DNA of 30,342 nucleotides from Bdellovibrionota bacterium (GTDB lineage: Bacteria > Bdellovibrionota > UBA1018 > UBA923): assembly GCA_040754655.1 (NCBI GenBank), contig JBFMCE010000050.1:1-30342 (forward strand). Direction: 5' to 3'. The translations under genes were made by a program, and so were the position numbers. This document shows positions 8,638 through 18,063 of this stretch, piece after piece. The notes beneath the pieces were generated by a model. The model searched no databases. It worked only from the letters and a program-made list of their open reading frames with translations, and was not told the DNA's origin. Within the stretch, counting starts at the first letter, position 1, and each line of letters opens with the position of its first letter.

Positions 8638-11280
8638 ATGAACTCTAGTTTTTTCAGTCATAAAAAAGCAGTCTTCGCGCGCATTTGTTCACAGCAGCGG
8701 CTGAAGTTGCGATCACGGGCTAGGTGGTTCACCCACCTCTTATTGAGCCTCTTATTCAGCTTAACGCTAAACATTGATGCACTTAGCAACTCTCGCTCTA
8801 GTCATCTTTGCGGCACAGTCGCTGGCAGAGTACTGGGCTCATTTGAAGAATACCTAAACGCAACCGAAGTTCTGAGCGATTTCAACCAAGAACTCACTGA
8901 CCTTCAACAAGCACACCTCCGTGAAGTCATTGCCCCCATGCTTGGATCGAAGCTTCTCATCAAACATACCGATGGAAGACCACGCGCTTGCGCCGTTGGT
9001 TCTTCTTGTGTCTTGTTTGGCAAGCGCCTGCCAGAAGAAAATGACTTGGCCATTGAATGGAGCGAAACTTCAACTACACCTGAGATCACAGACACTCCCT
9101 CGACCACGACCTTGCATCTGCCTGCGCGGATGAGCGTTGATGAGCTTAGAGCTCACGGTGAAGCATTCATTCAGAATTGGACTATGGGTCATGCACTGCA
9201 CCCATTCATTACAATAAAGAGTGAAAAAGACTTGCTCGGACCAACAGACAAGTTCAAGCTTCGAAAGGTGCAAGCCGCTGCCATTGCGGTAGGCAACAAG
9301 GCCTTTGATGAGGGAAAGAATAGCTTTCTCTATGTCGCGCCTACGGGCACTGGTAAAACTGAGGTCCTCACCAGCAATCTTAGCCGTGAGATGGAAAAAA
9401 CTCAGAATGATTCTAAGTTTCACATCATGGTTGCCCACCAAAATGAGCTTGTCAGTCAATTCAAAGACGATATCAAAAAAGCCCACAAAGGTGGTTTAAA
9501 GGTCTTAGAAGAATTTGACATTCAAACCCTTATTGACCCCAATTTTTACGCCGAAACCTCGCCCAAAAAAGCAAAACTGGTCGCCATTACAATACAAGCT
9601 CTTGTGAAGGCGCTTGAAAAAGCAACACCAGAAGAAATCAGCATGCTTCGATCACGGCTCGGCGTATTGGTCTTTGATGAGGCTCATCACCTGGGTGCTA
9701 AAACTTGGCTTCAGACGGTTAAAACTCTTTTGCATGAGAATCCAAATGCAAAGCTTCTAGGCGCCACGGCCACTCCATTGCATCAGGACGCAAGGATTCA
9801 AGCTCTATTTAACGACTTATTCAATGGCCAAAGTTTCTGGGCATATCTCGATAGTGAGGCACAAAAGGAAGGCATCGCACGAGACACCACTGATGTGATC
9901 GAACAGCTCGATATCGCAATCGGCACTGGCAACCTTGCTCCACTAAAACACTTTTATTCGGTTGATCCCAATTCATTTACTCACGACAACACATCTGTGT
10001 TTGCACGAAAAGATCCCAATAATGACAAATCTGACTTCGAAATTAAACACACGCTTTTGGGTACCGTTGTTAAACGATTCTCGCCACTGATTGATCGCCA
10101 TCGTTCTGGTTTCGTCGCGGCAAATAATATTGTTGAAGCAGGCAGGCTGCAAGAAGCCTTCAGCAAAGCCATGCCGCACAAGAAGTTTGAGGTTTTTCAC
10201 GGAGACCTTACGGCTAAAGAACGTAAACGCATTCGAGACCGCATCGAACAAGGAGAGGACCTATTCTTAATCACGGTAAACCTTTTGGACGAGGGCGTGG
10301 ACTTTCCCAACATGTCTTTGTATATCGATCTCAATCACAGTCTTGGGGTTCGTCAGCTCTTGCAGCGCTGGGGACGAGTGGCAAGAGTAGCGCTTGGAAA
10401 AAAGGGCATTGAGATCGCCACACTCACCGACTGGCGCGATGCCAATCATATTCGAGACAAGATCTCTCTTTTAGAAAAGTTTGCAGTCAAACCCAACACT
10501 GAGAACCCTCACGGGGCCTTTCGAGGCAAATACACCTCGACTCAAGAGAGAAAAAACAATCTCGCAAACTCAAATTCAGAGCCGGCACTTGAAGGCCTTA
10601 CCCCTATAGACGATCACACCAAGCGTGAGCAGCTCTTAGTGCTCTTGCAAGACGCCAGAAATATCTTTGAGAAAGAAAACAAAGCATCGCCACTTGAGCG
10701 GGTGATCAAGAGGGTGGCAGAAGGGAAAGGTATTCCTTCTCAAAAAGAAGATCCTAGTGCATACCAATGGGCTTATCACTTACCAAACGATCCTAATGAG
10801 TGGCCCACGATGCCGGAAGAAGTAAAACAAGCACTCATACAATGGAAAGCGAATCGTAGAACTAATACTAAAACCGGTAAAAATGAAAAAGGCCCGTTAG
10901 AGCGAATAACGAGTTCTGTAAAGGATAAAAAAGGTATTCCCTCTCAGGAAGAAGATTCTGGTGCATACCGATGGGCTTATAATCTACCAGACGATCCTAA
11001 AAAATGGCCCACGATGCCGGAAGAAGTAAAACAAGCACTCATACAATGGAAAGCGAATATACGACCTAGAACTAAATATGAGAAAGGGCCACTAGAGCGG
11101 GTAACAGATTCCGTAAAAGCAGAAAAAGGCATTCCCTCTAAAACAGTGGATTCCGGCGCGTACAACTGGGCTTATCACTTACCAAACGATCCTAATGAGT
11201 GGCCCACGATGCCGGAAGAAGTAAAACAAGCACTCATAGAGTTCAAAGCAAATATCAAACGCAGAACACCCAAAGAGTAA
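8638..11280 (+). CDS. SF2 DEAH-box helicase (ResIII/SSL2-like) with N-terminal hydrophobic signal and three C-terminal repeats
   Basis: APTGTGKT, VFDEAHH, GATATP, LLDEGVDFP, QRWGRVAR. The frame is open from 8563; ATG at 8638 taken as the likely start, which is uncertain. Confidence 0.88.
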   Translation: MNSSFFSHKKAVFARICSQQRLKLRSRARWFTHLLLSLLFSLTLNIDALSNSRSSHLCGTVAGRVLGSFEEYLNATEVLSDFNQELTDLQQAHLREVIAPMLGSKLLIKHTDGRPRACAVGSSCVLFGKRLPEENDLAIEWSETSTTPEITDTPSTTTLHLPARMSVDELRAHGEAFIQNWTMGHALHPFITIKSEKDLLGPTDKFKLRKVQAAAIAVGNKAFDEGKNSFLYVAPTGTGKTEVLTSNLSREMEKTQNDSKFHIMVAHQNELVSQFKDDIKKAHKGGLKVLEEFDIQTLIDPNFYAETSPKKAKLVAITIQALVKALEKATPEEISMLRSRLGVLVFDEAHHLGAKTWLQTVKTLLHENPNAKLLGATATPLHQDARIQALFNDLFNGQSFWAYLDSEAQKEGIARDTTDVIEQLDIAIGTGNLAPLKHFYSVDPNSFTHDNTSVFARKDPNNDKSDFEIKHTLLGTVVKRFSPLIDRHRSGFVAANNIVEAGRLQEAFSKAMPHKKFEVFHGDLTAKERKRIRDRIEQGEDLFLITVNLLDEGVDFPNMSLYIDLNHSLGVRQLLQRWGRVARVALGKKGIEIATLTDWRDANHIRDKISLLEKFAVKPNTENPHGAFRGKYTSTQERKNNLANSNSEPALEGLTPIDDHTKREQLLVLLQDARNIFEKENKASPLERVIKRVAEGKGIPSQKEDPSAYQWAYHLPNDPNEWPTMPEEVKQALIQWKANRRTNTKTGKNEKGPLERITSSVKDKKGIPSQEEDSGAYRWAYNLPDDPKKWPTMPEEVKQALIQWKANIRPRTKYEKGPLERVTDSVKAEKGIPSKTVDSGAYNWAYHLPNDPNEWPTMPEEVKQALIEFKANIKRRTPKE
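10690..11253 (+). repeat. Three tandem intragenic repeats (204 and 195 bp period)
   Basis: 39-bp identical core TGGCCCACGATGCCGGAAGAAGTAAAACAAGCACTCATA at 10801, 11005 and 11200. Protein unit PLER....KGIPS...D..AY.WAY.LP.DP..WPTMPEEVKQALI..KAN. Confidence 0.97.
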
Positions 11281-11295
11281 TTTTCAGTAATCAGA

Positions 11296-11952
11296 TCACC
11301 ATGCCGTAAGCTGAGTCTCGATCAACACCGACTTTGGCTCGCATTCAGCACCTCGAGCAGCATTGGTTTTCATGGTAAAATAGATTTTGAGCGTATTGCC
11401 GTCTCGGCTTGCTTGAACAAAGGCAGGCTTATCTAAAAGATTGCCGCTGCATTGTTTTGACGACAGAGCACTACTCTTTTTTACTTCGAGCCAAGTCTCA
11501 TCACCGTTCACACCAACACTTGTCACATCGCCAGGCACAGTAAAACAGACATCAAAACCTTCAACCTGATTGAAAGAAAGACACCCCTTGCGGTCTCTGA
11601 AATCAGCAATGACTTCTTCGTCACGCGGAAGCAAGGCTTGAGGTTCAAATTGCCGCCAGCTCACAGCACTCTCGATATTTTGGTTTTCTTCACCACCGTT
11701 AGAAATGCGCACATTGGCTGTGAGTGGACCTTCAAGAAACTCACGCGAAATCCGTAACGGATATGATGCGGCATTACTGATCACATCCTGCGCATCGTTT
11801 TGAGTTGAGGAATTGTTGTCTTGGATTTCGCCAGAAGGCGATTGCTGGGTGCCAGCCGATTCGATCGACTTTTGCGCACACCCCCAAGAAAGAACCACTT
11901 GAACAAAACCTAGAGCCAACCATAGCTTCCACACTGCGTCTTTCATTTTCAA
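11296..11952 (-). CDS. Hypothetical lipoprotein
   Basis: Lipobox SWGC, Ser/Gln/Asn linker, four further Cys; SD GGGAGG upstream of the TTG start. Confidence 0.75.
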   Translation of the reverse strand: MKMKDAVWKLWLALGFVQVVLSWGCAQKSIESAGTQQSPSGEIQDNNSSTQNDAQDVISNAASYPLRISREFLEGPLTANVRISNGGEENQNIESAVSWRQFEPQALLPRDEEVIADFRDRKGCLSFNQVEGFDVCFTVPGDVTSVGVNGDETWLEVKKSSALSSKQCSGNLLDKPAFVQASRDGNTLKIYFTMKTNAARGAECEPKSVLIETQLTAW

Positions 11953-11994
11953 GATTGAACCTCCCGTTCAAAAAAGAACAACGGAGCGATCTCA

Positions 11995-12010
11995 AGCAAG
12001 TGTTATGCCA
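11995..12010 (-). promoter_or_regulatory. Sigma54 (-24/-12) promoter for the lipoprotein gene
   Basis: Minus strand TGGCATAACACTTGCT matches TGGCAY-N5-TTGCW, about 43 bp upstream of the start. Confidence 0.75.
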
Positions 12011-12032
12011 CTAGGAAGGAACTCTAATAGGA

Positions 12033-12563
12033 TTATACAGACCAAAGTGTATGAATAGGCAGTCCGTCTAAAGCACGACGACCCTTTAAAAAATCAATCT
12101 CAAGCAGACACGCTGCGCCCATAACCTCGCCCCCAAGTTGCAACGCAAGCGACTTTGCTGCGCGAAGGGTGCCGCCAGTTGCAAGCACGTCATCAATGAG
12201 AAGCACTTTTTCCCCGGCAGAGATCGCGTCACGATGGACTTCGAGTACAGCCTCTCCGTATTCCAACGCATAGCTTTCTTGCACCGTCTGCCAAGGCAGC
12301 TTTCCTGCCTTTCGCACCGGAATCAAGCCTGCACCAAGCCGCTCCGCCACTCCGGTTCCAAAAAAGAACCCACGGCTCTCGATAGCCATCACCTTCTTGA
12401 TGCCTTTAGATTGAAAAGGTTTTGCCAACTGTTCGCAAAGAAAACTGAGCGCCCCTGGTGAAGCAAGCACCGGCGTGATGTCTTTAAAGAGAATTCCTTT
12501 TTTTGGGAAATCAGGGATATCGCGAATCAATCCCCTGACTTGTTCTAAAGAGTATCCTGACAT
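12033..12563 (-). CDS. apt: Adenine phosphoribosyltransferase
   Basis: IRDIPDFPKKGILFKDIT, IESRGF, VRKAGKLP, LEYG, PRPP motif VLLIDDVLATGGT. ATG 12563 preferred over the upstream GTG at 12587. Confidence 0.96.
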   Translation of the reverse strand: MSGYSLEQVRGLIRDIPDFPKKGILFKDITPVLASPGALSFLCEQLAKPFQSKGIKKVMAIESRGFFFGTGVAERLGAGLIPVRKAGKLPWQTVQESYALEYGEAVLEVHRDAISAGEKVLLIDDVLATGGTLRAAKSLALQLGGEVMGAACLLEIDFLKGRRALDGLPIHTLWSV

Positions 12564-12614
12564 AAGCGTCCTTTCTCTCGATGTCACCGAGGCAAGGACA
12601 CTTGTGACAATCGA

Positions 12615-13190
12615 TTACTTTTGCGCAACCGCCGGAGATTTGAGCTCTGGCAAATACAAGAGTGGATCTTGCGCCGTCTCGCCCTTTCGGATCTCAAAAT
12701 GCAAATGAGGTCCCGTCGCCTTGCCTGTGGCCCCTACAAAACCCACAAGTTGGTTTTGAGTAACACGCTGACCACGTTTGACCAAGTTCTTTCGATTGTG
12801 CGCGTAAACGGTCGCCATGCCATCATCATGTTTGATCACGATCATGTTGCCATACCCGTTGATTCGACGCGCGCTGTAGATAACAGTCCCCTCTTTTGCC
12901 GCAAAAATCGGAGTCCCTTTGGGTGCTTTAATATCGATGCCTTCATGGAAGTCGCGCTTGCGTTTTCCAAAGAGCGACGAAATTTTTCCAAGGCGTAGCG
13001 GCCAGACAAAACCTGCGTCCGAATCTTCCAGAGCAGCGTCTGATAAAGAGAGCGTCGTATTGACCTGAGGAAGTTCTTGCGGCGCGTCCCCCTGCAAAAT
13101 TCCTCTCTGGCCCGTATCGACCATCCTGGTGGTGGCACAACCAAAAACACTGACCGACAAAAGTACCGCGGCACACAATTTAAGAGTCAC
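12615..13190 (-). CDS. M23-family metallopeptidase lipoprotein (NlpD-like, no LysM)
   Basis: Lipobox VFGC; HEGID, YAH and HLHFE zinc motifs intact. Confidence 0.9.
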   Translation of the reverse strand: MTLKLCAAVLLSVSVFGCATTRMVDTGQRGILQGDAPQELPQVNTTLSLSDAALEDSDAGFVWPLRLGKISSLFGKRKRDFHEGIDIKAPKGTPIFAAKEGTVIYSARRINGYGNMIVIKHDDGMATVYAHNRKNLVKRGQRVTQNQLVGFVGATGKATGPHLHFEIRKGETAQDPLLYLPELKSPAVAQK

Positions 13191-13963
13191 TTGCTCTTCC
13201 TCCTTGAGAGTCCGGTTTCGAGTTCATCCAAAAACTCGTAGTTTGTGCAGTCAAGCTTCAACGGCGTCACAGAAACATATTTGTCAGAAACGACCCTGCA
13301 ATCGGTGCCAGGCTGATTGTGAAATCCTTTGTACTGGCCCCCAATCCAAAAATAAGGCCGTCCCCGATGATCGATGCGGCGAATCACATCCCCGCTGTAA
13401 TAACGAAAGCCCTGCCTCACGGCAGCAAAACCCCGAATTTGTTTCAGCGGCACATCAGGAACGTTCAGATTCAGCAAAGTGTGCTTCGGAATATTTTTAT
13501 AGGAATACTGTTTTATGAATTTCACCAGGCTCTTGGCCGCGGTCTCGAAATGAATCTCTCGGTCTTCCTTGCGTTTTTTGTAATTCACGTCAATTGAGAT
13601 CGCGATCGCTGGAAGCCCTAAGATACAGGCTTCACGCGCAGCTGAAACTGTACCGCTGTAGTAAATGTCTTGCCCCAGGTTCCCGCCCCGATTGATGCCA
13701 CTCACAACCAGATCGGGCATCCCTTTCATGACCTCGCGGATCGCCACATAAACACAGTCAGCTGGGCTGCCACTCACGCCATAAAACCCGTTCTGCAGCC
13801 TGTTTACACGCAAAGGCTTGTGGATCGTAAGGCTATGGCCCGTGGTGCTTTTCTCTTCGAGAGGAGCGACTACCCAAACCTGTCCTAATTGCTTTAGATA
13901 CTTATGAAGGACTTCAATGCCCCATGCATGCACGCCGTCATCATTACTGAGTAGAATCCGCAT
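13187..13963 (-). CDS. surE: 5'/3'-nucleotidase SurE
   Basis: ILLSNDDG, GSPADCV, SGINRGGN, YSGTVSAA. Confidence 0.97.
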   Translation of the reverse strand: MRILLSNDDGVHAWGIEVLHKYLKQLGQVWVVAPLEEKSTTGHSLTIHKPLRVNRLQNGFYGVSGSPADCVYVAIREVMKGMPDLVVSGINRGGNLGQDIYYSGTVSAAREACILGLPAIAISIDVNYKKRKEDREIHFETAAKSLVKFIKQYSYKNIPKHTLLNLNVPDVPLKQIRGFAAVRQGFRYYSGDVIRRIDHRGRPYFWIGGQYKGFHNQPGTDCRVVSDKYVSVTPLKLDCTNYEFLDELETGLSRRKSK

Positions 13964-13988
13964 GTTCTGATCTTATCACACATCCCCG

Positions 13989-14711
13989 TCACAACATCGG
14001 AATTCTATCTCGATACCGTGCTTCGAGTTTCTCATTGTGTTCATCACCGCCCGGGACATTGGCGCTCTTGTAGACCGGCAAAGTTTTCCCTTCAGCGCTC
14101 CACATCTCACATGCTCGTGAAAGCGCCCAATTGTACAAGAACGCATTTGCGATCGTTGAGCCCGCGCCCACGGCGGTGCCTTGCACATTCACAAGCGCGT
14201 CACCCGGAGGACAGTGGTTGTCGATGACCTGGTCGCAGATTTCATACAGCTTCTTGCCCGAAGAGTGGCGGCTTGAGACCGCCTTGGAATGCAAAACACT
14301 CGTCACGGCGATCGTAGCGACTCCCGCTTTCTTGCATTCAAGCGCCATCTCAACCGCAGCCGCATTGATGCCAGAGTTGCTTGCAATCCACATCAAGTCA
14401 CCTGAAGCCGCCTTGCTTCTGGCAAACAGGATTGGAGCGATCCCTTCAAGTCGCTCAAGCTTTCCACTCACCTTGGGCGGCGTGTGTGGAGTCAGGAAAC
14501 TAAACAACACAGGATAAACCGGCACAAGCCCACCCGCCCTGTGAAAAGCCTCTTCCACCAAAATACCAGAGTGCCCGCTGCCAAAAACATACACAAGCCC
14601 GCCACGATCGACCGTGTCTTTCATCAGTCTCGCGCACGTCTCGACGACCGCTGCGTTCTTTTGCGACAATTCACGAATCAGAGTTTCAACAGCCTGTGGA
14701 TAATTGCTCAT
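13989..14711 (-). CDS. SIS-domain (sugar isomerase) protein
   Basis: VFGSGHS, RAGGL, SNSGIN, IDNHCPPGDA, SANVPGGD. Confidence 0.9.
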   Translation of the reverse strand: MSNYPQAVETLIRELSQKNAAVVETCARLMKDTVDRGGLVYVFGSGHSGILVEEAFHRAGGLVPVYPVLFSFLTPHTPPKVSGKLERLEGIAPILFARSKAASGDLMWIASNSGINAAAVEMALECKKAGVATIAVTSVLHSKAVSSRHSSGKKLYEICDQVIDNHCPPGDALVNVQGTAVGAGSTIANAFLYNWALSRACEMWSAEGKTLPVYKSANVPGGDEHNEKLEARYRDRIPML

Positions 14712-14724
14712 ATTAAACTTTCCT

Positions 14725-17178
14725 TTAACGCGCGCCAGAGGGGTTCACAAGGCCTCCCCCGTCTTGCAAGTTCGCAAAACCTTCACCCGTCAAATTGATG
14801 GGAACGGTAAGATTCACCGCAACTTCGGGATTATCGATCCTCCAAGCCCCATCCACCACAATCTTATAACACTGTGACGGGCTCTGGTACGTCAAGCTTG
14901 CGCGCACATCTTTTACCCTGCCCGGCACATCAGTGCTGTTTTGAGAAAACGGAAACTGGTAGCTGATTCCGCTGCCAACGCCAAAGTAGTCGTTGATCGA
15001 CCAAGTAATTGACCCACCGATTTCCTTTGAATTCGCGGCGACCTGGTCGGCATTGTAAGACAAGGTCATGCTGCGTTCAAACTGCAAGAGGCGCCGTCGA
15101 TACCTTGCAAACACGTAAGAAGCGGCGAGCTTGTAGGTTTTAGCCTGCTCATAAGGATAATAAAAGAATTCACCACGCCCCTGAACCCTCAAAGTGTCCA
15201 CCGTTAAGAACGTAAAGAAGCGAGAAAGAGGTCGCTGATCTTCGGCGTCTTTCTGAAACTCTTTGAAGTTCACGCTCTGTCCCGAAGTAAGACCGACGAC
15301 TTTTCTGTATTCGGCTGGAGTTCCTTCGCTTTTCAAAATCAATTTGTTTCCTAGGCGGTAAGAAAGCGAATTTCCTAACGGCACGAAGTAGCGCTGGTCT
15401 TCGGACGTAACGGGAACAATGTCGTACTGGTCGAACTGATAACCGCCCGTCTTGAGCTGTTGGATGAAGGGATGCCGCTGGTCTTCTTGGACAAACGGGA
15501 TGTTTGAGTAAATCAGCGAGGGACGAAAGGAATGCTTGATGCGATCGCCGTATACTCGGTCTACGGTCGTCGCTGCTTCAGCCTGCCCAAGCAAATAGCC
15601 CCGGTTCGTGCTCGGGGCAAACCGGTCGTCGAACTGATAATGATAGCTTCGATACTGCACTGAAGGAACCAACTCCACCACTTCCGCAAGCCTTGCCGTA
15701 TAGTACATCTCGGGAACGATATTGAAGCGATCAGATTTGCGCAGCGGGGTTTGCCCGGGGATGAAATTGCTGGAAGAGGTCAAATCCAGCCCTTCATCGG
15801 AAATAGAATCAAAGCTAGGCCCTCTACGGTCAAAACGTGAGTAATTAGCGCTCACGCCCATGTGCAGGGGAAACGCTTCGGCAAGCCTGTGATCGACCGA
15901 TGCGACGGTCAATGAGGGAAGCACTTGCACCGTATTTGAATCAAATCCCGTGAGTTCCCGGGTGAGCAAACTTCGTATGCGTTTTGCGTTGGCCGAGACC
16001 GTGATCTCGCGGGTTGTGCGCGACAATCCCCCCTCAGAGACAAGGGCAGGTTCGGCGCGCCCCGGGATGTCTCCGATCTTACGCGAATAGTCTCGGTCAG
16101 AAGCATCGAGCCAAAGGGCTTTTTGGTCAATCCCAAAAGGGAGCGCAAGATTGTGCTGGTAATTCAACGCCCAGCGATTGAAATAAGGGTCGCCGACGAA
16201 AGTCTTGTCTCTTAAATAATAGCTATTGAGTTGCCCCCTGCTCCGCGAGCTCAGCATGTACCGATACTCAAGCTCGCCGCGATCACCGCGCTGGGTATCT
16301 CTGCCGACCGCGATCGTGGCGTCTTGACTGCGTGAGATCGCCCAGAAGTAAGGTTGTACGAGGCTGAACCCGCCGCTTTGCGAACGCACTTGAAATCGTG
16401 GGAAAAGGAACCCGCTCTGTCTTTCTGTTTTGACGGGAATGACGGCGTACGGGATGTACATCGCCGGCGCTTCATTGATCTTGATGAACACGTGGCTCAA
16501 GTAAGCGTATCCATTCACGGTGAGATCGATCGTCTTGCCCGCGATTTTCCAGCTCGCTGGGCAGTCACGGCAGGTCGTGTACTCACCGTCGTAGGCCTTG
16601 AAATGATTGATTGAGAGCCTCTCGATTTTTTCGCCCAGCAACTGGTACTTGTCGCTCTCAACGCGGCCATCCTCAATGATGCCGGTCTCGGTGATGAAAT
16701 TGAAATCCATCTTCGATCCATAAATAACCGTGTCCGGCGTGAAATAAACGACATTGCCTTCGGCATGCAGCTGCTCGGTGCTCAAGTCCATCACGGCGTA
16801 ATCAGCGGTCAAGAGCTCTGATGGGCGCCGGATATAGACGTTCCCAAAGCATTCAAGCCTGTTGTTCTCAAGGTCCCGAAGACTGCGAGTGCAGCTCAAG
16901 TGCAGAAACTTGCCTGACGTCAGAAGTTTCGTCCCAGACCTCACACCAGCGGCCTCTTCCGGAGTCTCTTCTTCAATCCTCGGGTTTGAGCCGTTTGACG
17001 GAGCCTTCTTTCGGGGCGATCGCGTGTTTTTTTGAGCCGTCGGTGCGGCGCTGGGCTCTTCGCCAGCGGCGGCCGTAGCCTCGCTCTGAGCATACACGTT
17101 AGCCCATGCGGCCCCGAAAAAAAGGAAAAGAACGAAGACGAAAATCAGCTTTTTGTTTTTCGAGCAGATTTCGACCAT
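14725..17178 (-). CDS. lptD: LPS-assembly outer membrane protein LptD
   Basis: Signal peptide, OstA-like N-domain, YTTC, RQSGFLFP, PYFWAISRSQDAT, YQSPSQCY. Confidence 0.92.
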   Translation of the reverse strand: MVEICSKNKKLIFVFVLFLFFGAAWANVYAQSEATAAAGEEPSAAPTAQKNTRSPRKKAPSNGSNPRIEEETPEEAAGVRSGTKLLTSGKFLHLSCTRSLRDLENNRLECFGNVYIRRPSELLTADYAVMDLSTEQLHAEGNVVYFTPDTVIYGSKMDFNFITETGIIEDGRVESDKYQLLGEKIERLSINHFKAYDGEYTTCRDCPASWKIAGKTIDLTVNGYAYLSHVFIKINEAPAMYIPYAVIPVKTERQSGFLFPRFQVRSQSGGFSLVQPYFWAISRSQDATIAVGRDTQRGDRGELEYRYMLSSRSRGQLNSYYLRDKTFVGDPYFNRWALNYQHNLALPFGIDQKALWLDASDRDYSRKIGDIPGRAEPALVSEGGLSRTTREITVSANAKRIRSLLTRELTGFDSNTVQVLPSLTVASVDHRLAEAFPLHMGVSANYSRFDRRGPSFDSISDEGLDLTSSSNFIPGQTPLRKSDRFNIVPEMYYTARLAEVVELVPSVQYRSYHYQFDDRFAPSTNRGYLLGQAEAATTVDRVYGDRIKHSFRPSLIYSNIPFVQEDQRHPFIQQLKTGGYQFDQYDIVPVTSEDQRYFVPLGNSLSYRLGNKLILKSEGTPAEYRKVVGLTSGQSVNFKEFQKDAEDQRPLSRFFTFLTVDTLRVQGRGEFFYYPYEQAKTYKLAASYVFARYRRRLLQFERSMTLSYNADQVAANSKEIGGSITWSINDYFGVGSGISYQFPFSQNSTDVPGRVKDVRASLTYQSPSQCYKIVVDGAWRIDNPEVAVNLTVPINLTGEGFANLQDGGGLVNPSGAR

Positions 17179-18032
17179 GACCCCTTTTTCAACATGTTGA
17201 GAATCTTCGAGATGGTGTGAGGAAGGTCTTTGCGCGGCACGATCATATCGACGAAACCGTGCTTCAAAAGAAATTCTGAGCGTTGAAACCCCGGAGGAAG
17301 CCCCTGGCGCATCGTTTGCTCGATCACGCGCGGCCCGGCAAATCCGATCAATGCCCCGGGCTCAGCGATGATGATATCGCCAAGCATCGCAAAGCTCGCG
17401 GCAACGCCCCCGGTTGTGGGGTCGGCCAAGACTGAGATATAAGGCAAGCCCGCCTTTTTCATTTGGCCGACGAGCGCCGATGTTTTTGCCATCTGCATCA
17501 GCGACAAAATACCCTCTTGCATTCGCGCTCCACCGCTTGCCGAAACCACGACTGCCGGAAGTTTCAGATCGAGCGCAGCTTCAAGTAACCTTGCGATCTT
17601 TTCTCCGACGACGGTTCCCATGCTTCCGCCCATGAAGCGAAACTCAAACGCGCCTAGCATCGCGGGAACTCCCGCTACGGTTCCCCGCCCCGTTACGATC
17701 GCATCGAGTTGCCTGGTGCTCTCGGCCGCCTTTTCAAGCCGCAAAGCATAGGGTTTTGTGTCGGTAAAACTTAAAGGATCAGAAGACCGCAGCGACTCTT
17801 CGATCTCTTCAAAGCTATGGTCTTGAGTCAGATGCGCAATCCGTTCCCAGGCACCTAGCCTAAAATGAAACTCGCACTCTGGGCAAACTTGATAATTCTC
17901 TTTCAAGACCTTTGATTGCAAGATCTCGCCACAAGAAGAGCACTTGACCCAAAAACCCTCAGGCACCTTCACGACCTTGTCTGAAGGCTTCTCTTTGATT
18001 TTTGGTGTTTTGATATTGTCAAACCAGCTCAT
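17145..18032 (-). CDS. accD: Acetyl-CoA carboxylase carboxyltransferase beta subunit
   Basis: Zinc finger WVKCSSC..CPEC, FMGGSMG, SGGARMQEG, PTTGGV, IGFAGPRVI. Confidence 0.97.
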   Translation of the reverse strand: MSWFDNIKTPKIKEKPSDKVVKVPEGFWVKCSSCGEILQSKVLKENYQVCPECEFHFRLGAWERIAHLTQDHSFEEIEESLRSSDPLSFTDTKPYALRLEKAAESTRQLDAIVTGRGTVAGVPAMLGAFEFRFMGGSMGTVVGEKIARLLEAALDLKLPAVVVSASGGARMQEGILSLMQMAKTSALVGQMKKAGLPYISVLADPTTGGVAASFAMLGDIIIAEPGALIGFAGPRVIEQTMRQGLPPGFQRSEFLLKHGFVDMIVPRKDLPHTISKILNMLKKGSWSKSARKTKS

Positions 18033-18063
18033 GTGAATCTTGCCCTACCGTAACAGCTCTTGA

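Noticed and set aside
10801..11238. 39-bp identical repeats as a CRISPR array
   Set aside because: Spacing is about 200 bp, the intervening sequences are homologous and in frame within a CDS, and no cas genes are present.
8563..11280. Type I/III restriction-modification system
   Set aside because: No methyltransferase or specificity gene nearby and no evident PD-(D/E)xK nuclease domain.
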